Source: Laetmonice hystrix (Eukaryota). Taken from it: a stretch of DNA of 63,759 bases. The notes under the pieces are model-generated. The model saw nothing but the letters and a program-made list of their open reading frames with translations. It searched no databases and had not been told where the DNA came from. How positions within the stretch are numbered: position 1 is the first letter of the stretch; each line of letters starts with the position of its first letter. The stretch is from positions 33,914,001 to 33,977,759 of the forward strand of contig OZ249437.1 in assembly GCA_965235115.1 (NCBI GenBank). The letters run 5' to 3'. This document shows, one piece after another, positions 14,041 through 26,700 of the stretch. The translations under genes and the position numbers were made by a program.

Positions 14041-14358
14041 CTAGAAGACCCAGCTTTTTCCGTTAGGGGGGGTTCAAGGTGTTTATGGGTAACACAGACG
14101 TGACTGTACGAGCGTCGAAGGCGCAAAGTCTGCAAGCGCCGTAGGCGCGAAGCGTTCCTAGGGGGGTCCGGAAAATTTTGAAATTCAAGGTGTAATTTGT
14201 TGCAATCCGATGCATTTTGGAGCACGAATCATGCCGAGCGCAGCGGGGCAAAAATTTTTTTTAGGTAGTTTTTATCTTGCAACTGAAAGTTAATGTTAAG
14301 TTAAAATGTGTGTATCTCCAAAATTTTAGGGGGTTCAAACCCCCTGGATCCGCCAGTG
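14041..14358. mobile_element. GGATCC-terminus MITE remnant, one end clear
   Basis: The right terminus CTGGATCCGCCAGTG matches the termini at 17580, 17831 and about 50760. The left end is degenerate. Confidence 0.5.
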
Positions 14359-14609
14359 AGACCCATAATGCTGCTGCCAGACTTCGGCGCTCTATATGGT
14401 TATACTATCTACTAAATCTGCAAAGTAGGGTTTTACGCAATATCCTACATTATTACCTCGGTGACAAATGGAAGGTACGTGCAAAGTTTAATTAGGCAAA
14501 AGACACTCACTGCTATGTGAGAAGTGCTGAAAAACGTCTCTATGGGAGTTTGCATAGACCCCTTAGCCCCTAATCCCCCATCCCATCTCAACTGTCACTG
14601 TCAGTCACA

Positions 14610-15421
14610 CCAACGAGTATAGAATAAAGAGAGGTGAAACTCCTGAGCTCGGCAGATCAGAGACTTCCAGTGCCCCTTATCAGTACTCATTAATCTGACC
14701 ACCGTCTCCACATCACAGACTTGCTGTACCAGGCCGACGGGACCACTTGCTGGGCGCCTGCTGGGCAGCAGGCCTTTGGTGTTCCATGGTATTTTGGCGG
14801 GAAGCATTGGGAAGGGTCAGTTTCCGGCAACGCCTGTCAGGGCCTCTGGCCTACATAATTTTAGTACCACAAATATGGAAAATCTTTGGTTGCCAGTTTC
14901 AATCACTCAAAATAGTATTTGACTGATCCTATGCATATAGGGAGATTCCCCTCTAGATAAGCTTTCAGATGGTGTGCAGAATGTCAAGGTCAGTCTCCAT
15001 GTGGCTGCATAGTGACCGGTTGAAAGAGGTGAATACAGAGAAATTTACCTGACTTGTCTGTTAGAACCTCAAAATAGGAAATGTTATAAATGTAGGACAC
15101 CTTTCTAACATTAACATTACATAAAAAACACATGTCTTTAGTAAGTTGTCCGTGCTGTTTCAGTATCCAATTCCAGAAACAGTGTTTAAAAGAGGATGGA
15201 GAGTGCTGCCTGCTTGGTGCGACAGTAGCCTGCCTTGGTTCTAGTTAACCCAAGTGGCCACCGTTCCGTCACCTCCCTGTAACCCGAGTAACACCAGATG
15301 CTGGTCATCTCTGACCAACAAATGACCACATGCTGGGCGTGACCAATACAAAACAACATCGGCCCACGGTCCCCCATAAGGGCCCCACGAGTTTCACCTC
15401 TCTTTATTCTATACTCGTTGG
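14610..15421. mobile_element. 812-bp non-autonomous DNA transposon with perfect 33-bp TIRs
   Basis: CCAACGAGTATAGAATAAAGAGAGGTGAAACTC (14610-14642) is the exact reverse complement of 15389-15421. TCACA flanks both sides (14605-09, 15422-26). Confidence 0.85.
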
Positions 15422-17579
15422 TCACACACATTAATTTTGTGACTGACCTGCCACCTGGTCAGAGCTCCCTGAAACTTAGCCTGCCTTAGCTTGCCTTAGC
15501 CTTTAAAAATACAGTGTTTCTGATCTGTCGTCACGGTGTCAAAATTGATGACAGAGCTGGCTAGCTGTCACAGACTGCAACTTTCTACAGTCTGAAGTTA
15601 TGTGCAATTTTTAAAATTAATGTTATGTGGCCAGTGCTGGGCTTATACTGGACAATTCAAATGAACAAAGTTTCTGACATTAATTTATTTTTGTTCAATT
15701 TCATTTAGGTAAATAACTTCCTTTTTCACTCTCAGCCCTAGTTCAGTTTCTAAACGGTGTCTTCCAGAACACCGTTTAGTTGTCGAGTGACGCTGGCCTA
15801 GCGACTCGTGGACGCTCTGCGAAGAGGTCCGTTATCGCAACTTTGCGGCCTTCGTTTTGGTACTAAACTTCTTCAACGGAGTATGAAATCGATTTTTATA
15901 GAGAGCCACAGTATTGAAATTTCTATTCCGACTTTGATTATAATTATTGGACAAATATAACGTCCACACGGTCCGGTTGTTTACGAGCATGTCGGGTCCG
16001 TAGGTCCGTCAGCCATCTGCGGTGCACCGAGTGACCGGGAACTGATAAAAGTTAGATCGGTACTGGTACCCGAAACGGGTAGCTTCACTCTGTGCCGTCA
16101 GCGTCTGCTTGAACAGAGCGCGACCTACTTATGCGGTCCGTTCCGGATCAACTGTAGAATTGGAAAATACGCACACCCGATAAACTGGGTCACCGCTCGT
16201 CACCCGCGCTGCGCTGTATTTGACCAAACAAACTGAGAATTTCACCTACTAAGATAACATCCAACGAAATACATTTACGTATCTGTTGAAGTAACCTCTT
16301 TTGTGTACTCTCAGCAAGTTTCAGTGCCAAAAGTGGTCTGAAACATGACTTTGAGGCGATGATGCGCGATAGGACCGAGATAGAACCCCGACAGCATAGC
16401 AGTCGCTGGCGCATTTGTACTCGACGGTCAGAGTCCGTATGGACGTAAGGACTAGGACTCTGACTTGTTGGAGTATCTCAGCCCAGGAATATCCCTGCAC
16501 TGGTACGTAGCCACTGCCTTGCTTGGCTTAGCTTAGGAAAGGCTGAATTTGCTGAAATAAACTTTAGTCAGCTCCTCGAGACAGAGGAAGCTTGCCAAAG
16601 AAAAGGAATTAAATCGACACATATCATTACATGAATACTGTCCAGATACAATTCTAAAGGCTGACTAACAGTAGGGACGGTGGTCATTTTTTCAAACTCT
16701 GTATATCTGATTGAGACTGAGTTCAATCGATAGATCTCAATGAGACGATTCTAAAAATGTATACTTTTCCTATTGTACGATGAATATTTTTTGAGTTATT
16801 GACCAAAAACTGAGCAAAAAAAGGGCCCCGATTTGAACGGCGCGAGCCCGATATCCCATTTTTTGTGAAATTAACTGAAAATAGGATTTCAAGGTCCAAT
16901 ATTTCTTTTTAAATTTATAATGAAATTATTTTTTCTCCTTTACACTCATAAACTATACGCAGACAGTCAATATAACTAGTTGTTTGTTATTTTAATAATT
17001 TATTCTGTTAATAACGGTCAATCCAAAATGGCCGAAAGCCTAATTTTGCTTTCATTTTCACGGCGGTACGAAACAGACAAAACTGGAAAAATGACCAAAA
17101 ATAAACTTTTTCAAATCTAGTTTTTTTTAATCAGATATCAATCTAGGGGTCTTTATTGGTTATAAACAGTGTTTTTTAGAGGTATATGTAATAATTTTCT
17201 GCATGTAACAGGCCACTAAAGTTACCTCCACTACAGCAGAATTTTTCAGATGCAGTTCCAGCATGGTCACGTCTGAAATCGGATTCGGCGAGCAGTGACA
17301 TTCACAATTGATACAACACAAGATTAAAGAAGTGAAAATCCTATGTAGAGATAATTTGAGACATTGTATAATCTTTAAGAACTAGTAAAAGTTCAGGAAT
17401 AACCTGGTTAGACCCCCTAAGATATTTGGTACACAAGATTTGAATTTTCATTCTTGCCCCAACAGGTCATCATAGGGAATATGAAATTACCGGTATTAAT
17501 AATACATTGATAAAGGATAAGAACTGATCCATAATGAAGACAAGAGTGTACGGACTAACCATCACAATGATATAACTAT

Positions 17580-18021
17580 CAGTGACGGATCCAGGGGGTG
17601 CAGGGGGTGCGCACCCCCCTCTCGCCCCAAGTGCCCTTTTCTCCGCCCCCCCCCCCCCCAGTACCCTTTTTTATATTTTTACGAAAGATTTTTAAAATTT
17701 AAATGTCCAATTGTCTATTGGCCTATTATGGGCCTAAAGGCTGGTCTATATCGCGTATTTGGCACTGTAATTTTCATTTTTTTCTTGGGGAGGGCTTTGA
17801 CGCTCGTATGACACCCCCTTTATCAAATTCCTGGATCCGCCCCATGACTGCCCCCACACTCAGAAATTTCTAGCTACGGCCCTGTTGATATGCCACTTTT
17901 TGTTTAGGCAAATATGGGCAAATCACTGGGGGGGTTGTTGTTGTTGAGAAAGTCTCCTTTTTCCATAGCCACCCCCCCCCCCACCCCCACCCCCATCTTG
18001 AAAATCCTGGATTCTCCCCTG
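17580..18021. mobile_element. Compound hAT-like MITE with several nested termini
   Basis: Left terminus CAGTGACGGATCCAG. Right-type termini CTGGATCCGCCCATG (17831-45) and CTGGATTCTCCCCTG (ends 18021). ACTAT flanks the outer ends. Confidence 0.6.
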
Positions 18022-20332
18022 ACTATCTGACTATGTATATAACTTCATAAGAGGTGTAAAGAAACTAGACACAACCTCATTTTTGGGTTGCAGGGCGATG
18101 ATGGATGACATAATCCTCGCACTATTCACTGTTTTGCAAGAATTTGTCATCATCCTCGACCCTTTAATTCAATTCAATCACTGTTTTGCAAGAATTCGTC
18201 ACTCATCACCATAAATTTCGGTGAAGTGTACATGTGGAAAACATGCCGAAGCAAGGCCTGCCATTCCAGTTTGTTGGGAAGTCTGTGCTGTCGGATCCTT
18301 CCAAGCAGGGCACAAAAAGAAACCAAGACCAGGAGTATGAGAAGAACAAGTGGCAAAGGACATTCCAAGCATTACAGTACAATTCTGGACAACTAGAAAT
18401 TCCTGTGGACAACCTAGGTTCAATATGTCCGGAGGACAACCCCACCAAAAATCCTTAAATTGAACGCTGTCTACAGACAGCATAAAACCGATAACGGAAA
18501 TGCTGCAGAAGTAATTTTGAATTTTATAAATACCGGAAGAAACAAGAATTACTTGGTTACAAGTTAGACCCCTCAGAAGTTTGGTGCACAAGATTTGAAT
18601 TTTCACTTGAGCGGTTGAGTTACAGCAAGTCGAGAACTCTAGTTACAGTGAGTCGAGTAAGCCACCAGTTACATTGAGTCGAGCGAGCCTCAAGTTAAAG
18701 TGAGTCGAGCGCTCGGAAAAAAATTATTCATGTCCTTTCCGAGCCACCGTATTAACCTGAGAAAAGATCTGAAGTAGACCTATATCCATGCAGCTAAAGA
18801 AAGTTATTTTTTTATTCAATGAAAACTTTGTTGGAAATTAAATTGCTGCTAACTGACATTTGCTCTATTTTGGGTATTTCATGCTATTCAATGTTATTTG
18901 ATTGGTTTTAGATGTTAGCAGAATTTCATCAATTTGAAATATGGGTCATAAAAAGGAAAAGGGGGCGGGGGGGGGGGGGCATTAATTTTATGGGCCTAGC
19001 CCTGCCAGGTCTAAGACCAAGATGTGGAGAGCCAGGCTGACAGCTACGTGTAGTATTTAAACTTGCTTAAGTATGAAAAGTGTTGAACCTTTCCCTGAGG
19101 AAAACCCATATTTTTGCTCAAACTTACATTCTTCTAGGGGGGGGGGGCTAAAATTACGTTGAAAACATGTAGGCCAAAAGAGAATCAGGCTAGCCAAGCC
19201 AGGCAGTACAGAGTCTCAGTGAGGCCCATCACCACTGTTGTATCTGTCAGTCAGCAGGATAACCCCCCAGCTTTCAAGGCTGTAAAAGTTTTGGTAGGGG
19301 GTGAACACCCAACCCCACCCCACCCCCTAAATGCGCTAGATGTTTTGACTCTAACCTCAGCATAAAATCTGGACCGCCTCCCGTTGTGACGCACGGTATC
19401 TGGCGGCAGACGCACGGGCCCCTCTCCCGGGCCTGTACAGCGACAGCCGCCGGGACGTCTTGACCTAGTTACCGGTAGGCGCTCTGCAGAAGACGTGCCG
19501 TGATCGGTGCAGACACAGGGCCCCACATGTGAGGCTTGCGCACGGAGATTAATTTAGTAAATAAAAAACTGAGTTGACTCATTGATAGTAGAGATCCTTA
19601 GCTTTAAAATGATATCTGAGTTTTTAAGATCTGACAAGTGTAACCTATTTTTCGAGCAGTTTGAATAATTCAACAAATCCGTAAGTAAACTAAAAATCAT
19701 CACAGAATAAAAACTCAGATATTTTCTGAATCCTGAGATCATTGTCTATCCGTTACAGCAATCAGCTACTTCCTATCTATAAAAGCCACGTTGCGCACAG
19801 CGGTTGTTGCCGCATATGTCTTTTGCCCATAGCGAGCGCAAAACGGCAAAAACGCGATTCTGACGTGAATTTGATCGGTGATTGTGAGAAATCGTCTAGA
19901 ACTAGCAGGCTGGAACTTGCCTGATCGACAAGTAGAGGTGTACGACTGTATGGTCAGAAAATTTCAGACTGCTAAACTGAATATTTAGAGAGATACAACG
20001 AGTTAAACACAGGCCGCCGCGTGAAAGAACATAGCCAAATTCCGGCCGCGCAGAGCGTTCAAATCCAAAACGTCAAGTTCCGACGTCGCTACTAACAGAT
20101 CCAAGAATATGCGCGGAATTTAGGTCACGCAACCACCTGCCCGCGGGATCCGCTCAACGAACCGGGCCCGCGATACAGTGGTACGCCAGTGGACACTACT
20201 TAACGATCTTAAATTACTACTTGTGCTATTATTTCGCCAAAGACAAATCCCCCACGCACGTCTTCAAATATATCACAGATCAGGATAATTTCATCCTTCG
20301 TCTTGACTCTTGGATATGGGGGTTAAACTTAC

Positions 20333-20400
20333 CCTGTGATTCGTACACGACCGCCGTTTACGATTTCCCGTTGATACCGGATGCGTTTTCACGAGCTATT
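20333..20400 (-). other. Candidate non-coding first exon of the MRLC gene
   Basis: Strong minus-strand donor CAGG|GTAAGT at 20332-20327 in CpG-rich DNA. The MRLC ATG exon has an acceptor just upstream (TTTTCCAG, exon start 13613), so a 5'UTR exon is expected. The 5' end is approximate. Confidence 0.5.
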
Positions 20401-20727
20401 TCCTGGTTAGGGGTTACGCATGCGCTGGGCAATTAGGGCGCCTTCGACCTAGTTTTATTTTTAGAAAACTTTAGAAAACAAGATCAGGGAACCAGCCCAT
20501 TCAATATGAATAGGAATCTCTCAAATGTTCCAACATCTTTATTTCTTTTGATTTTGTAGTAGTCGCAACATTTAGGTCGATTAAAATCCACTAATAAGTT
20601 TTATAGAGGTTTCTGTCAGAATACCCATGATTCCTCAGTAAGATATGGCGGCTTCCATGTCAAGCTGCTGAATTTGTTTTTGTTTCCCCTCTTTATCGAT
20701 GTCAATACTTATTATCAGCCGCTAGAA
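20333..20727. promoter_or_regulatory. Putative bidirectional promoter, MRLC (minus) / MED23 (plus)
   Basis: CpG-rich, with an NRF1-like CGCATGCG at 20417-20424 and a YY1-like ATGGCGGC at 20645-20652. The two genes are divergently oriented. Confidence 0.5.
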
Positions 20728-23700
20728 ATGGCTCAGCCATCGGTAGAAGATAGAATACAGGAAGCGGTAGACCAGTTATTGGTAAGTATATATTGTATTG
20801 GCCAGAGGAGTCAACCCGTGCACAAGTTAGAATAGGCCGCTCAGGCTCAGCACACAGCCAGGTACACAGGCCGCCTGTGTCAGGCAGTGTGTGTAGCCGG
20901 CAGCCGGAGGATGCCGCCGGTCTGTAACGTGCTCGCATTCCCAACCCCACTCGTAGCCATAGGGGTCTCTGCTGGTTGTTCCACTGGGCCTGGCACAAAG
21001 GGCTGCCTGCTATTGGCATTTGACCATACCCTATACTATAGCGGTTAACTTAAGCCTAGGTCAAAGCAAAACTAATTAGCCCCAATAATCAATAAGACAG
21101 CAATAATAACCCATTGCATTGACATTGCCAGGCCTAGCCAAACACTTTGACTTTGTTAACTTTTACTCAGTCTTAGACAGTGGTATTGTAGGCCTGTATT
21201 TAGTGGGCATTTGGCGGGGTTATGTGACCGCATCAAGCTTCAATCCTATTATTGGATAATGCTCTATGGCAAAATAGCCGACTCTCCAACACCTAATTAA
21301 CACCCAATTTGAGACAAAAATATAACTAACCCTAGGCCTGACTACCCTAAGTTCTAACCCAAGCAGTTTGTTTGGATTCGATAATTAGTCAAACTAAGAT
21401 CATTTTATATAGCCGTTGCCACCTAAATATAAATTTTCTTGTTTTTATGCAAAATTCAACAAATGCTATATCACCTTTTGCAAGAAAATTCACCAAAAAT
21501 GATTTTTCCGAGACAATTTGAGTAACTAATAGCCATTGATGACATGGCGACAGAGCATCCTCCCATGCTCGGGGTTGAATCGCTTCCAGTGATTGCCGAG
21601 GCCCCTGAACATTAGTCCATTTATAAAATTAAGATCCTATTGTCTCCATCACCATGAAACCTGAGCCAGTTGGGAGAAGGACTAAGTGTAACTTAAACTT
21701 AATGTACGGTCAGTTGAGCAAATCAAATTCACCTGATAAACGAGGTTACTCAGGAGACCGTTTCCGAGGTGGCACACGTCACTTTGGGTAATCTCTCGAA
21801 TGAAATCACAATTATTGCTTCAGCAGACAAGGCTTCATGAGATATTATTCTATTTTAGGCAGAAGACAAAACTTATCACATTCAGTGGAAGTAATACATC
21901 AGACAGTCCTTAGAAGCTATTTCAAATGATTTAATTTTTGTCTATTGCAGAAGGTTGAATCAGTAGAAGAGGCATTTGTTGGATTTGTGGTACTTCGTGA
22001 CAGTCTGAAGAAAGATTGTTGTGTGGAGCAGCTCCGTAAAGTTTGGGCTACATTACCAAAGGTGAGATTATGAGGTGTCAAATTTGAAAGAAATCGGGAT
22101 TGTTTTGTTCTAGTTATTGCTTGAAATGTGATTACTCCAAGATGGCTGCCAAGCGGCCATTTTAAATTATATCAAAGATACTTTTCACGTGCATAATCCA
22201 CAGACTGTCCCTGATTATTGTGTAAAGTTTCATACAATTTGACCCTTGCACTTTTGAGAAATCGCTGTCTATGGATGTATGTAGGGACGTATGGATGGAG
22301 GGCGAATTAGAAGCCCCTGCCCCTTCGGGTTGGGGGATAAAAAGATGTAGCTTTGTTAGTGTTGCCAATTTTGCATTTTACTTTTATGCATAACAGATAT
22401 TCAGAGAGAGACAGTCAAGGAATTTTAGAAAGTAACAAGCTTGATTTTAGTTATTACAAGTGTATTGATTTTTATGTGATATGTGATTTGTAGGAGCACC
22501 CAGAACTTGCAGTAAAATGTTTTGTCAGCTGCATCCACAACCAAACTAATGATAAGAGAGCCAAGCTTCTCTTCGACGTGTTGGAGCCCATGGTTGAGAA
22601 CCACATTATTCCAGCTAAGTAAGTCATTTTCAATTCTTTGCTAATAGTACTGGACAGAAGTTTGTGAAATATGATCAGAACAAATTCTTTTGCCACAGAT
22701 ATATTGACAAAGATCTAAAGTTAGGATTATCATCCAGATTACAAAAAAGTCTATCATCCTTTGGCATCCAAACTTTTGAACAGAAAAAAAGATTATCATC
22801 ATGAATGAAATGTCGCTATACATTGTTTGACCATTTTAGTCTGTCAGGTTTGAATTGTTCTTCACATTGCAGGTTGGTCTGTGAGGCTCTCTTGTTGTCA
22901 GATAAGTTGACATGGAAAGTGTCTCACAAGTGGGTCTCTACCTTCAATGTAGTCCGAAGAATTATTGGCGGCGTTGATTACAAGGTGAATTTTGTATTCT
23001 ATGTACATATTTTATAGAAAGCATGTTTCCCGATTGCTACTTAATATAGAAAGGTACTGTATAACAGTTTAATTTAGGGGCATAAAATTTAGCGAAAATC
23101 CTGGCTCCACCCCTGTATCTCAGAAATTAGCTTTATTAGCACAGGCCCCGAGAGAACCAGCTCTATAACTTTATCTGGAATAACTTCCCAGTTGCAACGG
23201 GGTAGTATGGGAGGATTTATTGGCAAAATTTAGCAGCAACTATTGTTAGTGAAAATGGCACAATCGCTAAATTAAATACCTAGCATGAAACAAATTAAAT
23301 ACCTAGCTTGAGACAATAACACATCTGGCATGAGATGGTACGTAATCTCACTTATTTATTCCCCAGGGTTGTCGAGACTTGCTAAGAATCATTCTGGAGA
23401 AGACCTTGACAATTCCTCCAGGAGAAAACATTTGTACACTACGCCTGGTTGAGTGTGTCACAGAGGTAACTTGGTTGGCTCGCTAAAATTACTTTCAAGC
23501 ACATTCTTGATGCATATTGCCAGATTGGTATGGAATTTGTATAGTAAATAATCTTTCAGTTTGATAAAATTAGAACCATTGAAAAGAATAGACAGCATTT
23601 TAAGGAAAGCTGTGGGCAATCCCACCTCATTGAGTAATAATTGTTGGTTTTATTTTAGGTTGTTTGCTACATCCTAGACAGGAATGCCTGCCTCTTGCCG

Positions 23701-26700
23701 AGTTATTTTGCAGTAAATGAGATCACAAAGTTATGTTCAGAAGACAGACCATGGCCACACTGGGTAAGGAATTCCTTTCTTCTATAAAAGACATGAGTCG
23801 ACAGCAGCAGTGCAGACTGATAGAGAGTCACGAGAATGTTATCTCCCTTCAGAAGCATTGCAGTGGTATTAACTACTTTGTATTCAGTATCCTATTCTTT
23901 CTGGGTAAAAAAAGGACTAAGACTATAAATTGATGGTAGTTCACAGAAAACATTAGGCTGATATTGTAAAAATTTCAATGTAAATAAACAGACTGATCAA
24001 ATCCATAGGTGAAATCTTTAAAAGTGAAACTATTTTTATTTGAAATAATGATGTTACACAGGAATGGGTTAGTGGTGTCTTCATTTCACTCTGAAAAACC
24101 TGTTTGTATTTCAGAAAATGGGACAGATGTTGAGTGAATTTGTTCAGACCTTTCGGGCAACAGCGCAAATGGTGACTGTGTCAGGTATACTCAACTTCTT
24201 GATCTGAAACGATATTTTGACATTCAGCAGTTTATTCAAGTTTAAATGAATTAGTGTCGGAAATATTTACCCTTTTAAAGTCGAATACATGTTCCTACTA
24301 CATCTGGGTTATTACACCTGTTGTGTGATATTAGATTGAATCTATATTTCTGACAAAGGAAACTTTACAATAATGTGTTTTTGTCACATAGTTTCTTGTG
24401 ATAAAAATCAAATGTGAATGTTGTTCTGTATGTGTTTTGTATAGGACGGTCCAACCTGCTGCCGGTGGTCGGGCATTCCTGTTCAACAGCTAATGTATGG
24501 AAGCTCAACCCAAACACACTGCGCTTTCCACTCAGTGGCCCCCTGCCTTACGACAAGGTGAGCAGGTGTAGCCATGTATCCGTGTTTCATATGTGCTTAT
24601 GGGAGTGGTATTTGAGATACAAATTGAGCCTTACACATGAGTTTTTGTACATGGGAGGTGGATATTTTTGTCCCCCCCCCCCATGAGTTCATGGAATATA
24701 TTTGTTGAAAGTATGCACCTCCCAAATAACATCATAAAATTGGATAGAGCTTTAAAATTTTGACCTCCTGTTATGCTTTAAAAAAGACATACCCCCTTCC
24801 AGAGAAATACAGATATAATAGGTAGTTCACTTCACTGGAGTAATGTCCACTTTACAACACTCAAGCTTGAAAACACGCACCAAAGTTTGTTATCATTGAA
24901 ATCAGAAAGTTTATTGACCAAGTCACATAAATCATTAAATTCATATATATGAGGCATGAGGTGAACTCATTCAAAATATAAAAACTCCAGTGCCTTTGCA
25001 TCAGAAATAAATAAGACCATGATGTTGTTTGGTTAAAGCAATAACTTCCAGTTGTATAAAAAAAAGCTGATCATAAACCTCCAGAAACAGATAGGAACTG
25101 GAAAGATGGGCTGAATTTTTCAGTATTCTATATCAAGATTGTCCTCAAAGCAGCTGCATCAGTAGATTTGATCATTTTATGGCGCAACTTGTCAAATAAG
25201 CCTTTGTTTGATTTAGTTTCCTTTTAAACTCCTTGGGATTCTGACTTTGACAAACTTTGATTTCTGTGTCTACAAGGTTCAGTTTCCATGCTCACTGTTA
25301 AAGAAGCCCTGTTAGTATAGATGACTGCTACTTTGCTTAGTTATTAAGTTTTCAGCCTTCATATTTTCCGTTGGCAGACGCTTGAGCAGGTAATTATTAA
25401 TTTTTTTTACAGCAGTCTGTCCCACAAATCGGTGTTACCATACTAGATATATTACTTTTTCCTTTTATTATGTTTCCTATTTTTGCATGTCTGAAGATTG
25501 TATGGTTTTAGACCATCATGGCTTATAGGTAAATAGGCTACGTTTAAATAGGTTTACAAACATTCTTGAAATAGCATCAACACATAAACCATTGATTCAC
25601 AGCATACTACGTTTTAAAAATCTTTTAAACAGACCTGTTTGTACCTTTTTTGTTGAATGACAGAAAAATATTTATAGGTGCTTCCACATCCAGGTCATCT
25701 TTAACTCATTTTAGTTTGGAATACAATGTCCATATTTCGGATTCCTTTCTAAAGTGCAGCTGCTTGAAGCCATAACTACCAAGAGTGGCTTACTATTCAG
25801 TTGCTGAAAGCAAGGAATTTTGTGACTTTCCAAAAATCTTGTTGGGGAACTGATAGACTTGTGGACTGTACCTGCTGGGGCAGTAACTAGTGAAACACTA
25901 TTTTGGTTACTTTTTTTACTTTGGTCAGAGGTTTCAAAGCCATAAAACTTTAAAGACCTTAGGGAAAATGTATTGCATGAACTTGCCATGATTTTGTGCA
26001 GTGTTACACGTCGCTAAGATTAAAGGAATGTATTGGTTTCCATTATGCCAAACAAAGGTAGCAAGAGTGTACGTTATTAGAATTGTGAACTTATTCTGGG
26101 TCTCTATTCCTAAATTAAGGTTATAGTCACTGCATTAGTTGATGTGGCAAGATGCTATTTGACTATTTCCTGTGTAGCAAAGGGGTATGACCTTTGACAT
26201 GATGATTCCATCATTTATTCCCTAGTCCTGCCACACTATGGCTTGTGCTTGTAGGACTAAGTATTGTGCTTATTACCAGTAATTCCTGATAAAACTTACA
26301 TGAAGGGTTTAGAAATCTGAAAGCAGCACCTGTCAAGTTGAGATAGTCTTATTTAGCCCATGGCCTTAGTATATATCTTGGAATGTTACTGATCTTTGAT
26401 TTTAAGTGCACAACCAAGCCTGCCTCTCAACCTATGCACCTATCTTAGAGGAGATTTATTTTATGTCAGTGATGGTCGATTTTTCAATTTAAGCGTATTA
26501 CATCAATACACTTGCCACAGGCTACTGCCGTGTTGGTCAATTAAACTCATCCATCCAGCCATGTTGGCATATTTTAAGAAGATCATTTTTCAGTAGGTAG
26601 CAGAAATCATTACAGTCAGTATTATTTGTAATATCTTGGACACTGACCTAAATGATGAGGGGTGAAGACGTCTTGAATTGTGGAAGTTGATATTTCAGGT

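Noticed and set aside
16655-17220. Transposon-like internal sequence (Kolobok-like start TAAAGGCTG)
   Set aside because: No matching second terminus or TSD was found.
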